From Oopsacas minuta (Eukaryota; Animalia; Porifera), in NCBI GenBank assembly GCA_024704765.1, contig JAKMXF010000316.1, forward strand, positions 62,001 through 126,000: a stretch of 64,000 nucleotides of DNA, in the 5' to 3' direction. Each line of letters opens with the position of its first letter. The first letter of the stretch is position 1. The notes under the pieces were generated by a model. The model searched no databases, was not told the DNA's origin, and saw only the letters and a program-made list of their open reading frames with translations. This document shows positions 12,207-24,903 of the stretch, one piece after another. The position numbers were made by a program, and so were the translations under genes.

Positions 12207-12515
12207 CAAACTGGACTCGTTTGATATTTCATACTTGTTAATAGTGGTTAGACTTCTGTAATTATATTTATATCAGTGTTCCCAAAGAATTGGCTCTGAG
12301 GGAGATAGTAATGGAGTCTTTAGATCAAACTTTTATTAGGAAATTGGCACATTTGTAGAGTATTCTTAAAGGTTTAGGTTTTATAATGAAATGTACGACG
12401 GACTGGGCCGACTAAATGCTGAAATCAATTGGTATAACTTAGAGGACTGTTGCGTGAGATTTCGACTCATTAGTATTATTGGACCAGGGATAGTCTTTAA
12501 CCGTGAGATTTTAAC

Positions 12516-14550
12516 GGAGCGCCTGCCTTAGTTCGAATTTGGACAGTTACTGTTGTTCGACAGTAATTTCAGACAGTTGGCGTTAGTTCGACAGTAATTT
12601 TGTGGTTTTCATTCGCATTACTCGTAGCTGTGAAATATATACTATTGTTATTCCATTGAAATTTGTACGTATTCTTAAGGTCATATCGGATATCATTTCG
12701 CAATACCTTGAGGTCTTAGCCCAGCTACGATGTTTCGTCGATTAGTATAAACAAAACATAATAATATAAATTTAAAACAACTCCATGGAATACAAATTGG
12801 CAGATTATCGACGCCAGAATTGAAGGATTTTTGAATTTCAGATGATCACAAATATTACAAGTCTAAAGTAAGATAAAATAATGTTTATCCAAGATGTGTT
12901 CTTTTCAGAAATGGCCGTAAAGCTACTACGAAACTAAATCTAGTTTCAAATCTAATCACTCCTGCCATACACCATAATCATGGCATCATAAAATGTCAGT
13001 CTGACAGCTATGAATTTAAATCCAAATGTAAGAATCGTGCACGAAACTCGCAGGATAACCTTAGAGAAATTTTCGATGACGTAACTTGTGAAGATGCTGC
13101 AGCGCTTCATGTGTCGTTTACTGAATGCGAATCCTCAATTTATCGTTCGAGGAGAGAATTGCAAACAAAGATTCCAACATTTCCTGCAGAAATTTCTGAT
13201 ATGTGCCAAATTCAACATATGGAGCGTTTTATATATACACTGTCTTTATCAATGACCACACGGATATTATATTTTTCTCAGATAATATCCGAACATTTTA
13301 CCTCAAATAACCAACATCTAGTTTGATGGAACATTTTATACCGTTCAAGTCATTTTCCTAGCTTTTGACTATATTTTTGACTGTTGATCGACATGCTCTA
13401 CTGGGCATACACTGTCTAATGACTAGTAAGAATGAGGAACTATATAAAGCAATACTAATTCACATACATCAGCTTCTACTCGAACTTTAACCCACTACAT
13501 CCATGTCCGATTGGGAAGCTGCTCCTCTTAGGCTCTGAAACTCTCCAAATATATAACTGTTTGGATGTTGGTTTCATTTTACGCAGAGAATATGGTGTAA
13601 AACTCAGAAACTGGGACTTACAGAGAGTTTTATAGATACAAAAGTTGCAAAATATATACGTCAATTAATGAGCATTCCGTTTCTTCCAGCTAGTCTCATC
13701 CATCCAATCTACACACTACTCAATTTGCTGCGACTATCATATATCTACTGAAGCAATGAAATTGGAGAAACTAAACAAATACTTCAAAAAGAGTTGAATA
13801 ACCTATGTCAACCCAGAATAGTTTTCTATTTTTGACTCAAAAATACGACAAATAATGGAGCTGAATCTTACAACACAAGGCTTGAGGATAGAATTAGGGC
13901 TTATCATCCCAGAATAAGGAGTTTTATGACCCATATTAATGAAATAATAATGGATACAGATAACGAATTTGGGAGGCTGTCCCTGGATAAGGATTTAACA
14001 AGACCGAAAAAAGACAAACATTCTAACTGATGATCACCATAGTCGTTGTAAACAAAAATTTCAATCCGGGTGCTATACCCCGTGGGAATATTAGATGCAG
14101 TAAGTCAGACCATTCGAAATATTCGCGATCCACAAGGGGAAGTGGAATTCTCTAACTGTTCGGAAGATTCAGAAACAGATCATTTTAATGATGAGATAAT
14201 AACCACCAGAAATGTGTTGTTTGTCTAAACTCATGAACATCCACTTGGATCTTTCTACCTTGTAAACATGCCCAGTGCTGTATGGAATGTTGCAAACAAA
14301 TCAAGAACTTGGACAATCGTGTCCCGTCTGTCGACCTCCAATAGAAAAGTGCCTTGAAATATTTACCAATTAGCTTCATTATTGATACATTCATAAAAAA
14401 TTTAACTATTTGTTTAGGCTCATTAAATTCTTTCAAAATAAACAAAGATTCTACCTTTTGGTGTAAACAACGATTGTCTGCGAAAATCTTTCTCCAGCTA
14501 ACGCCAACTAACTGAAATTACTGTCCAAATTCGAACTAGTGCAGCGCTCC
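12516..14550 (+). mobile_element. Mutator (MULE) transposon with decayed transposase and a C-terminal RING finger remnant
   Basis: TIR GGAGCGC(C)TGC..TAGTTCGAATTTGGACAGT; 9-bp TSD GATTTTAAC/TATTTTAAC; motifs FDGTFY, MSDWEAA, GCWFHFTQRIW; RING-like CVVCL..WIFLPCKHAQCCMEC..CPVCR at ~14210-14370. Confidence 0.88.
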
Positions 14551-14650
14551 TATTTTAACTTATTTGTGTTAATGCATCCGTAGCGTACTGAAAATCGTGA
14601 AATATTCTAAACAGCACAAAACAAAATCAATTTTAAGCTAATCAAATGTA

Positions 14651-14680
14651 GAACGGGCGTTCAAAAAGTTCCCGACCCTA
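14651..14680 (+). repeat. Solo mariner TIR remnant
   Basis: TA|GAACGGGCGTTCAAAAAGTTCCCGA matches the TIRs of the mariner at 58029-59349. Confidence 0.6.
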
Positions 14681-14706
14681 AACCCCATATTTTTGTAACT
14701 ATACAG

Positions 14707-15690
14707 CAGGGGTCGGCAAACTTTCCAGTCAACGGGCCAAAATAGACAAATTGCATAAGATTGCGGGCCAGATGGGATACCATCGAAAACTCGTTTAGAT
14801 TTTTGTAATTTATCGATTGATTAAGTATCATTATTATACAAGTATTAAGTAATTAGATTTAGAATATCCACTTGTTTATGATATTTATTTTGCATTGTAA
14901 AATTAGACATACAAAATATTAATGTTAATGTGATGGATGATGCTGTCCTACTTTGGATAGCGCATCTATGTCTGGTTTTAGGTTAGAGGTTGCCAATCGT
15001 AGCACACTGTCTAGATGATTTTCGCTTAACCGTGTTCCCACTTGCTTTTACGTATTTCATTTTCGAGAAGAGTTGTTCACAAACGTATGTACTCCCGAAG
15101 AGAACTGCAACCTCCTTTGCATGTTTCATTAGTGAAGGAAATCTTTGAGGAGTTATATAATGTTGATAGAATTCGAAGAAAGGTACATCTCGAAATCTTG
15201 ATCTGAGCTCACTCGAACTTTGGAGCTCAATCAGTTCCATTTGTAAATTTTCTGGGGCGTCACATATTTCAACATCAAATACGGCGGCGAAGTAGCTAAA
15301 ATACTTACGATGCTTATCCATATCTGGGAATCGAGTGTTAAACTGATCTTTGAGATCAGATATGAATTCGGCGTACAAGAAACATCACATGGTTGGTGTA
15401 AACGAAGTGTAGGGAAATGAATACAATTACTCTCTTTCAATTGAAGCTCCCATAGTTGTAACTTAACTTCAGATGCATAAATGCGTTCATAGAGGACATT
15501 GATGAACTGGTTCATCCCTTGTATTTTCAAATTTAGATATTTAGACGATTAGTGATATCCACCAGAAAGGTAAAATCTGTCGTCCATTTCGCACCACTGA
15601 GCTCTGGAACTTTCATCCCTTTTTCCCTCAAAAATTCGTCAATTCAGCTCTAAACAGGTAAACTCTTTGCAAAATTGCACCTCTACTTAA
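14707..15690 (-). mobile_element. Truncated hAT element (GTF2IRD2/SPIN-Buster-like), 3' part
   Basis: End CAGGGGTCGGCAAAC at 14707; minus-strand pieces KIQGMNQ..KLQLWE.QL, F..RF.D, and LFGSTYVCEQLFSKMK. The other end was not found. Confidence 0.75.
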
Positions 15691-16323
15691 CCAGCGCAGT
15701 GTACTAGGTTCGGATATGCTTATGGCACAACCCCGTGAGAGTTAACGTATACTTGTGTGGTGTACATTGATCAGTAATTTGGGTAGGTTGGTCCGATTGG
15801 CTTAAATTGAATTATACTGTTTTGAAATGACACAGACCAAGACATCGGGGTTGCCATAAGAATGGTAATATATTAACCATTTACCAATATTAGCGGGCCA
15901 TTACCATTCCCATCCCTTCACTAGTATAGAAATTCTGTGGGAATTCCCGCACGATAACTACATGTTTCCAACAGAAGTTTTCGGACTTTCTTATAATTTT
16001 CCCATAAATCATTGGGAATTCCAACATCAATAACATAGGACAGACAGAAGAACAGTGTTTCGCCCTGGCTTGGACTCGTCAGTTGCGTTGTCTTCTCGCA
16101 ATACGCTTGAGTTAATTTAAGTGGTATTTCTTCTTCTTTTCGCTACTGGGGATGTGACGTTGCAGGTCGTGTTTCCATTATCTGAGCTCGCTATGATAGG
16201 GATTGCGTTGCCTGAATAACCTCAAGCAGAGGTCCCCACAAGGTTCAAGGTACCTTGCCTTTGAGTGCTTTCGAAAACACAGTTTAGGTTAATGCTTATG
16301 AATCAGTGATATCAATTAGTGTT

Positions 16324-16883
16324 TTATCTTAAGAAGGATAGATTTTTACTATTAAATATTCTATAGACTGGCTCAGAATGGTCAGAATAGTTTGTAATGT
16401 ATAGAGCAGGGTTGTTGGTGTAGTTGTTGGAAGTTCTCAAACGTGACCACCGGATTTCAGTATCTAAGCTTCCCTCTGTTCGATAAATTTTGTTGTCAAC
16501 ATAGATATCAACTTCGAGTTGTGCAGAAGACGCAATCAATTCACCATCAGTGACCCAGCTGCCATTGCTGCTCATGCAAGTACTGTTAATATGGTGAGGG
16601 GAGTGGTAGTCAGAACCTCATTGAAGTACCAATTAATACCATCCTTCCCATCACCCACCATATAGCGGCAGATCTCACCCCGGATCTTGGCATGATACAC
16701 CTGACTTTCTGAAATGAGTTTAGACAGACATATAAAGAGCCAGTTGCCATCACATTCAATACTGGAGCACTTCCACGGCTCATAATCTCGCACTCTATGG
16801 CCTGCCCTAGTAGAATGTTGGTCAGTTTGTTGTTGGAATTGAATTTCTAACAGATTGCACTTCTCTTTCTGCCACTCATTCAT
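16324..16883 (-). pseudogene. Unknown protein split by one apparent frameshift (~186 aa when joined)
   Basis: ORFs 16572-16883 and 16324-16575 join as ..GINWYFNE-GSDYHSPHHINSTCMSSNGSW.. with a 1-bp shift near 16615. The composition looks protein-like, but I recognise no family. Confidence 0.4.
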
Positions 16884-17501
16884 AATGGGGTTAATGATGG
16901 AGTTGTCAGACTCTAGATGGTGAATATCGAGGTGTGAAAGTCCACCTACTCTTGGGTTAAATCAATGCTTTTCTATAAAGCCGATTGCCTAAATTAGTAG
17001 TTGGTAGCAACTTATCAAAACTTCAACTATTCGTATAATTGACTCAAAAACATTACCAGTGCAATAACACTTTATCAACATAGTCCAAACCTTGTCTAGG
17101 TCCCATATCTGGATAGATGTGTTTAGAGAACTCCATCAGGCTGTAAGTAATCTCTCTTCGCCATAAACAGAACAAACTCGTATATTCATACAATCAATAT
17201 CATCTAGCCAGTTTAATTATGAAAAAATGAGAAAGACTTAGGTAATTTGAAAGGTAATATATAAAGTTACACTAACCATTGTTTCGGGGCTGCAATATTT
17301 TAATATCTGATACCCGATCACACTAGGGATGCAGAAGCCTTTTACATCACGTGACTTCTCCAATGTCTCGTGAAATCTCGAGAGATATACCCCACGATTC
17401 TTGTGATCGGTAAATGCTAACTAAAAAATACTGTATAAATATACGTTATTCCGAAATATGAGATAATTGAGAAATTAAATTTGGTAATAGACAATGTAAA
17501 C

Positions 17502-18433
17502 CAGGAACGTAGCTACAGTAGGCAAGGGGAGCAGTCGCCCCCCAAAAGTTTTCCTCGCCCTCCCAAGATAAATTTGGAAGTTTTCGTTTTTATACACAGT
17601 GTAGTTTGTTTATTAGCAACCAGCTTTCGGGTCCCAAACGGGATTATGATGTAAATTTCATTGCCCCATTAGCAACCAAATTTCTGCATAATCCGAGTTG
17701 CTAATAAGCAAACTCCACTGTAGTTAACAACCTATGTGCTTCAACTACAGCGTCAAAACTATGAAATCAATAACTCGCGTTGCCATGATGGTTTTAATAC
17801 TAGACAGGAAGTACCGCTCATTGATAGTAAACTCGTTCTAATTTGATAGGCACTGAATTTCTACTAATTATTGTCAGAAGTTAGACTGTCCATTGAAGTG
17901 ATTGAAGCATTGGTGATGCTCTTAGTGTTTCAGTTTTCAAGGATTGTTTTATGCCAAATTCTTGTGACTATCCCTCTGATGTCTTCCAAGGTTGAGTGAA
18001 TGTTCTCATCTGTTAAGAGAAGAAAAACTCGTTTATGCTCACAAATGACCACTGCGCGTCTCAACCATATTTCCCTGAAATCTATTGAAAAAGATATTGC
18101 AGAAACACTTTCCTATAATGATGTGATTGAAAATTTTAAGTAGATGAAGCACTGGGGCTTTCTTTTGTAATGTAAAATAATATCCCTGAATTGAGTTAGT
18201 ATCTTAAGAAATGCTCTTTACTATATGGCATTCTATATAATGCAGACTAGTCTAGTGCTCCCTAGATTAGTAATCTGGTCCTTGATGAATTAAAGAGGTT
18301 ATATATGTAAGAAAAGGAGATTGGGTCATACTTGTTATACACAGTAATTAACTTTTCAAAATATTTATCCCTGCAATTGCGCTCCCGAAATATTTCTTGC
18401 CCCCCTGAATTTCTTGCTCTAGCTACATGCCTG
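17502..18433 (+). mobile_element. Non-autonomous hAT deletion derivative
   Basis: TIR CAGGAACGTAGCTA/CAGGCATGTAGCTA; 8-bp TSD ATGTAAAC/ATGTAAAG; decayed hAT dimerisation-domain sequence at ~17940-18140. Confidence 0.75.
17597..17720. mobile_element. MITE with CAGTG ends nested in the hAT derivative
   Basis: TIR CAGTG(T/G)AGTTTG(T/C)TTATTAGCAAC; TA on the right, CA on the left. Confidence 0.7.
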
Positions 18434-18619
18434 ATGTAAAGAACAATGAAAGCAAACGAATACCTTGAAATTTTCAGTTCGTTGAGGAGCGATTCCTGTA
18501 AGATGCCAAATTTCCAATTACCGGGAAGCATAGTTACTGCGTTTTCACTTTTCTATATAAGTAAATGAAACGTGGTAAAGTAAAGGCTTTGGGTAATGAT
18601 ATGAATATGTATATACCTT

Positions 18620-20100
18620 GAATATCTTAGTCACCACATCATTTGAGAGATCCGTACATATACGTTTAGGCGATTTGGCTTCTGATCGCGGAAGATATGT
18701 CGTGTCAAGTGTAATGGATACTTGCTGTACTTAGAATCACTCCCTTCTTTGAGAACCAATGCATGACTCTCCGTCACTTTAGCTACTATTATGGGGCCCA
18801 TCTATTTGCCTTCTTTCTTGGTTCCATGCATTTTCTTTGCTTTTCGCATATTACGAACGAGTATCTCATCTCCTTGCTCTATGCTCGTATTGGAAAATGC
18901 GATTACGTAATTGATTATCAATAGTTAATAGCTACATGATTGATTACCTGTTCTTTTCAACCTTATCATCGAATTGATATTTTGTATTTGTTGGTCCTTG
19001 TTAATATTTTCTTAGGCATGTAATTTGAATTCTAAACGAGCTTCCATCAAAGACTATCCAACCATCAAAATATTCAAGTTCTGGAGAGAAAGTATCATGA
19101 TATTCTTCATCGATAGAAGTTTGCAGTTATAGATTGTTCAGTTCTTCTCCTCCTCACAATGAGACATGTTAGAATTGTTCAGGAAATGATTGTAATAAGC
19201 TTCTCCTCCGTACATCAGATAGAATGGTGAGTAGTCTGTTGATTTGTTCCAGTAATTGTTAGTAGCTAGAACAGCAGCTTGTTATTTACTTGACTACTCT
19301 ACACTTGTTTCTACTAGCATTTTGTGGAGTTTGCTAAAGTCTGAAAGGCAATAAAACCATTATGACTAGTTATTTTGAGTATTCTATATACTAGTTACGT
19401 TTTGATGGTTGTATTATGTGCTTGGACAACTCGTTGCTCTGTGGGAGGTAAGCAGTTGTCTTACGGTTGTCAACTTTTAGTGTGTGGTGATAATCTTGTA
19501 ACTCCTACATTTTAGTTTGAAATTCAGTTATTTTATTACTATAATAGCGACAGTGGAATATCTATATAAATCCGACACTAATTCCATGTCGCGACAAGTG
19601 TCGGATTATCTGCAGGTTCCACTGTATTTTAATTTATAATGTTGATTATAATACGTATCACAATTCTTAAATAACCCCATTTTAATAAATTAAATATATA
19701 TAGGGCACTCTAAATTTAAAAGGTAACATACCTTGCTGACAAACTCACGTCCTTGATCATGTTTAATTTTCTGAGGCACTCCTAGAGTTAAATATATGCT
19801 CTCTAGCTGAGTTAATACCTCTCAACTGGTTTTGGTTTTCAATGGGCGAACTGCACAGAATTTGGACAAATAACAAGTGATCAAAAGATGTTTACGCCCT
19901 TCAGTATTCTCCTGCAAATAACAGACTAGATCAATACCGATGTGCTTCCAGGGTTGGTCAGGTGGAGCAATTGGTTACAGTTTCCTTTGAGGCAAAGGTG
20001 GTAGTGCAGCAGTTAATTGACAAATACGACAAGATTACACCTATGGAGATAGAGATATTACGTAATCAACAAACACACTAATGGTATGATGTACAAGTGT
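18620..20100 (-). pseudogene. Decayed Gypsy-type integrase with intron (Ginger-like DNA transposon)
   Basis: Minus strand: CRICQ, PWKHIGIDL, CYLSKF..RPLKTKTS, HDQGREFVSK then donor GTATG at 19731; GPY/F-like tail QGDEILVRNMRK..GK*MGPIIV at ~18750-18890. Confidence 0.7.
19552..19624. repeat. Tiny palindromic MITE
   Basis: CAGTGGAA..AATCCGACACT ... AGTGTCGGATT..TTCCACTG|TA. Confidence 0.5.
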
Positions 20101-20350
20101 TGTATACCACAGATTTTTGAAATCTTGTGTAATGATTAAGGAAAAATAATCACTATAAGATCTAAGTTCAAAACCTTCAAGGGTAATATAATAATTTTAA
20201 TTCTGTTTGGTGGGTCCAGAAAGTCATGGTGATTCATATTTTTATTTCAAAACAACAAATAATTGATTTTGTTTCGACTAAGAATTGCCAAGAAACAGTA
20301 TCTCAGATATCATAGGAATTTGCAAAATAAAAGTTATGTCGAGATCCCAC

Positions 20351-20962
20351 CAGGGCCGTAGCCAGAGCGTAGTGTTAGGAGAGGCTAGGTAAATTTTGTG
20401 GGGGCTTGGATGCTTAAGACTCTTATATCTACTTTTTTGGGTAGGCCCACCCAAACTCCAGAGCTACCTTGAGGGAAGGTAAAATTACCTAGTTCCTAAA
20501 TATTCATACAACTCTGGCATTCTATAGTTTCGCTTAGTAATCGCGTACACTATGACATACTAATGAACTACAAATCTATTTTAATCTCATAAATTTAAAT
20601 AATATCTAAAGTAAACGAAGTCTTCTATCCTTCTTCCTAGAATGGTGATTATAGCCATGAGGCATGATTCACTATTCGCATATAAAATGTAATCAAACTG
20701 GAAGGAATATATGTTATGGTCATATAGAAACAAAAATAAAATTTCAATGGTCGCTGTAAAAGCATCGATATAAGTAAGTATACTCACTAGCAAGAGGAAT
20801 TAGATAACTAAAATGTGTAGTCAATTGAACATATTCACAAAAGTTTCTTGATTTAACTATTATTTAAGATCTAAGATACTAAAGATCAATATAGCATAGC
20901 AAAAATTTACGGGGTGGTTAAATTTGCTAGGGGGTTCAGCCCCCTCCTAGCTACGGCCCCTG
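20351..20962. mobile_element. Non-autonomous hAT element
   Basis: TIR CAGGG(G)CCGTAGC; 8-bp TSD GATCCCAC/GATCACAC. Confidence 0.8.
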
Positions 20963-21799
20963 GATCACACCCATGACATGGGCGACACTAGTGCCGTAGG
21001 TCCGTTGCTCATGAAAAGAATAAGACTTGGAAATATAATATACTATGTCGATGTGCAGTTGGCGCTAGCTCAAACAGATTTTTCCCTTGACGTTCGATCC
21101 GTGATAACAGATGGCAACTATATCCAGCACTTTCGCCACAAAAACTCGAGCAAACTGGGGTCCGTATAGTATTATTCCTAATTCATTAAAAGAAAAACCA
21201 CGATGGCATACCTTACAGATACCAAGTTTTATACTCTATTGTAACCGGGTTAGAGCGAACAATTTATCACCGTCAATAACTCTAGGAAGAAAATACATTG
21301 ATATCAATTCGGTTGGATCACTTGGAATTGGATGAGCCTTTCAATTTTAAATAATAATATAACTTACATAATTTCTAACATTTTTGCTCAACCCTGGCCA
21401 GAAATATTCGTGTCTGATAGCCTTGTTTGTAGTGTTGATTCCAGGATGTGCAGCACTGTCATAGAAGCGTCTGATAATATCATAGACTTAGTCTGAGCAG
21501 ACATTCTCTAATGTGCGCGAATTATTTCAACTATTGAAAATGCAACCCTCATCATTTAGTAATTATGTGTCTGGTTTGAATAATGGAAGAAATAGATTTT
21601 AGAAAATAAAATACTATAAAATACTGAACAAGGTCATTGAGTTCTAGAATATTCTGTTAAAATTACCTTGAAAAGTTTGATTTCCTCTCCAATTACATAT
21701 TGTGAAGCCTTCACGCGAAAGTTCTTTTGGCGTGTCATGTAATCTTAGATTGGAGGACAGCTGTAGGATACACCCTTGCGTGAAATGATTGTAATAGCT

Positions 21800-24700
21800 C
21801 ACAGTGTGGCAATATGGGGAAATAGGCATATTTAAAAGAACATATTTCAATGCATTTTTCGAATTCTCCATAGTTCAATTAGTACGAAAATATCATTGGC
21901 AGCATTAGAAGCAGTTAGGAATCCTAACTACGCACAACTTTGTTATGTGTTTCTAATAATAGAAATATATATTTTCAAACCACAAATTCCTATGCTCTAA
22001 TGTATGTAATCATATTTGATGTAAGTACTAAATATAAGAGTGAAAAACATCTTCTGATAAGAAATCTCTATTGTAACAACAATTTAATCATTGATAGGTC
22101 AGTCTAGATATTCATTTGTACTTTTTCCGGGTGTCTAGTTTGGCCCTCCCAAAGTTATAATATGGAATTTTTCTCATTGATTGAAGTGTAGCATCTCTTG
22201 TTTGACAAAATTTGACAAAACGTTGTTAATATATACGTAATGTTGCTATATTTAGTCAACTATTTAATCAATTTCCAGGCTTGTGAAAAGCTGCCCAAAA
22301 ATTTATCACGTCATTCATTGTCCAGATCGGACAAAAATCCGAAAAATATATTTTTACACGATTTAAATTTTTTCAGTAAAATTCTATATTTTGCTGGTTA
22401 TTAGTTATTCCAATACCCTACAATCACATATCAAAATGTTTCTATGTTAAAGTAGCCTTTTTGCGGATCATGTCTGTACTAATCACGAATAATGAGGCAT
22501 ATGATTTGTATATTTCGAATGGAAGAAGTGTTACAGTCTCTGTTAGGAAGCTTATTGAGAACAACCATTTATCCGATGAAGAAACTGCTACTCTCGATTT
22601 AAAATTTAAATCACTTCTAACATCCAGAGAGGCTTACCGCAGGAAGGATCTTGAAACATGGGCAACATGATTTTCCACTCTACTCATCTAACAATATCCA
22701 ATCCAAGAAAGAGAATATCGCTTGATCCTGAATTTTCTTTAGTCACTGATTCTGAAAATCGAAACTTTTCAGAACAGATTGTAACTGAATCCCGGAAGCA
22801 TATTCTCGAATGTCACATGAAGACTTCCAGATCAAGACTTGGTGTTCTTTTAGAGCATGTGGACTTTTTAGCAGAGAGAGAAAAGATTGAGCCTAAACAA
22901 CTACTCGCTCTAGCTTTAGAATCAGTCTAAAATAAATCCTATTACCGTGATACTTCAGACATGTGCAGAGAAATAATTGATAGGGGTTCTTTTAGCGGTG
23001 TATTGAACAAAGTACAAATCTCTAAATGTGCTTACATATTGGACAGTTTAGAAATTGGGGCGAGTAAATACACGAATCTGAAAAGAATTCTCAAAGTTGA
23101 TGTCAAGCTTCCTTCCTACAAGCTTGTCTCGCAATATCGTAGGGAAATAAGCCTAACATATGAAATGGAAATAGTTAGAGACCCCGAAGCATTGTCAATT
23201 GGTACTTGCGTCTCTTATCATTCCATCCTTAGTCTGACCATTCAACGCTTGCTTTCAACATTAGACCCAGTTCCTGATTCACACTACCCACTCAAAATTA
23301 AGATATCTGATGGATTGGATGGCTCCGGTTGTCATCAAACCTATAACCAACAAAGCAACAATTCTGTATTAAACACAAAAACTTTCATTTTGTCCGGACT
23401 CAAAGTAACACCAATTACAGACACACTTGGAAATGACGTGTTCTATAACAGCTCACCCAACTCTCCGTTCTTCTTTAGGCCAGTAGCACTGATAGCTTTG
23501 AAAGAAGATTATTCTAGTATAAAGCTTATCATAAATACAATAGCCAATCCTCAAACAAACCATTTCATAAAGGATGGGTTATCTCTTATTGGAGGCCATG
23601 CACAAGTCGAGATAGTTTGTTCCCTTTTTGATACCAAGATGGCAGGAATGCTGGATGGAGCTGGTGGGGCTTCTTGTCATCGGTGTACTGCAACGGATAG
23701 CCAAATTAAAAGTTTAGAATGGGCCGATTCTGGTTTCCCTATTAACAGATTCATTAGCGACGCTCGGCAACTTTTTGAAGAGGTTGAGGAAGAAGATTAC
23801 TAGAAACTCCCATCAAATCAACATGTTGGTATCATGCATCAACCAACTTTTAACATCGATATTATAGCTGCGTCTCTTTTGCATGCTTACCTTTGTGTAT
23901 TCAGGTGGTTCATGCTGTTGATATACCATCTTGATGCAGGACACAGGTATGGGCGCCATCAAACTCGAAAGTAAATTCTTCCATGAGACGGGTTCGAGCT
24001 ATACTCCAGGAAAGATGTAACTTCAGTGTCGATATCCCTTCAAGCCAGGACGGCACTTCAACCACTGGTAACATTGCGCGAGACTGCTTTTTAAGTAAGA
24101 GAGACTTTTTGATGTGGGCTACTTCTTCCATTAATCCTTCAGATAAAATATCATTAGAGAGATTCAGACGAATCTATCTGTTTTGTTAAGACTCCTCAAC
24201 AGTGGTGACTTGATTAACTGTGACAAAATGCAAGAATTGTGCAAAGAAACGTATGAATATATTTTAGTTGAGTACCCATGGGCAAGCAACACTCCATCTT
24301 TGCACAAGTTACTTGCCCATTCGTTTCAGTTAATAGGTGCTTACAATAATGGTAAGGGATTACAGAATCTCTCTGAGGAATGTTTAGAATCCTGCAATAA
24401 ATTTGTAAGGCGGTATCGGGAGAATCTTGCAAGAAAAACTTCTTTCACAGACAATTTTAGAGATAGTTTAGTCAGGTTGTTATATTGTAGTGACCTCATC
24501 TTAGTACAGAATCGTTTGAAGCCCGAAAAGAAGAAAAGAGACGTTGCAGATGGCCTCCAAGAAATATTATATAATAGTATACTATCAGATGATTTATGAT
24601 AATAAGTATATCCAATAATCATACATATTTAAGGGTCTTTAAATTGTACATTATCAAATAGCAGAATAGGGACCATGACATGCATGTATTATCAACTTTC

Positions 24701-24903
24701 ATACTATCCTCACTAATGAACCACAAGTGTTAAAATTAGAAAATGTCAGTAATTACTTCATAACTAGCTTTACAGTTGTGCCACTAAAAAATCATTAGTA
24801 TTTTTGAAATCTACAGTGTCGATTTAGTATATGTAAGTATAATTGTGGTGATATTCCAGATTCATTTACCTATTTCCCCATTATGGCCATTTGCCACACT
24901 GTG
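21800..24903 (+). mobile_element. RAG1/Transib-like transposon family 1, copy B (3104 bp, transposase disrupted)
   Basis: Ends CACAGTGTGGCAA on both sides. ORF pieces 22461-24599 carry DGLDGSG, PNSP..RPVALI.LKE, FDTKMAG, TTGNIAR, SLHKLLAH and SEECLESCNK. The flanks TAGCT and CAACG are not a TSD pair. Confidence 0.92.

Noticed and set aside
17595-17601. CACAGTG heptamer as another RAG1-like end
   Set aside because: It is CA + CAGTG at the end of a TA-type MITE (17597-17720); it lacks the following TGGCA and has no partner end or 5-bp TSD.
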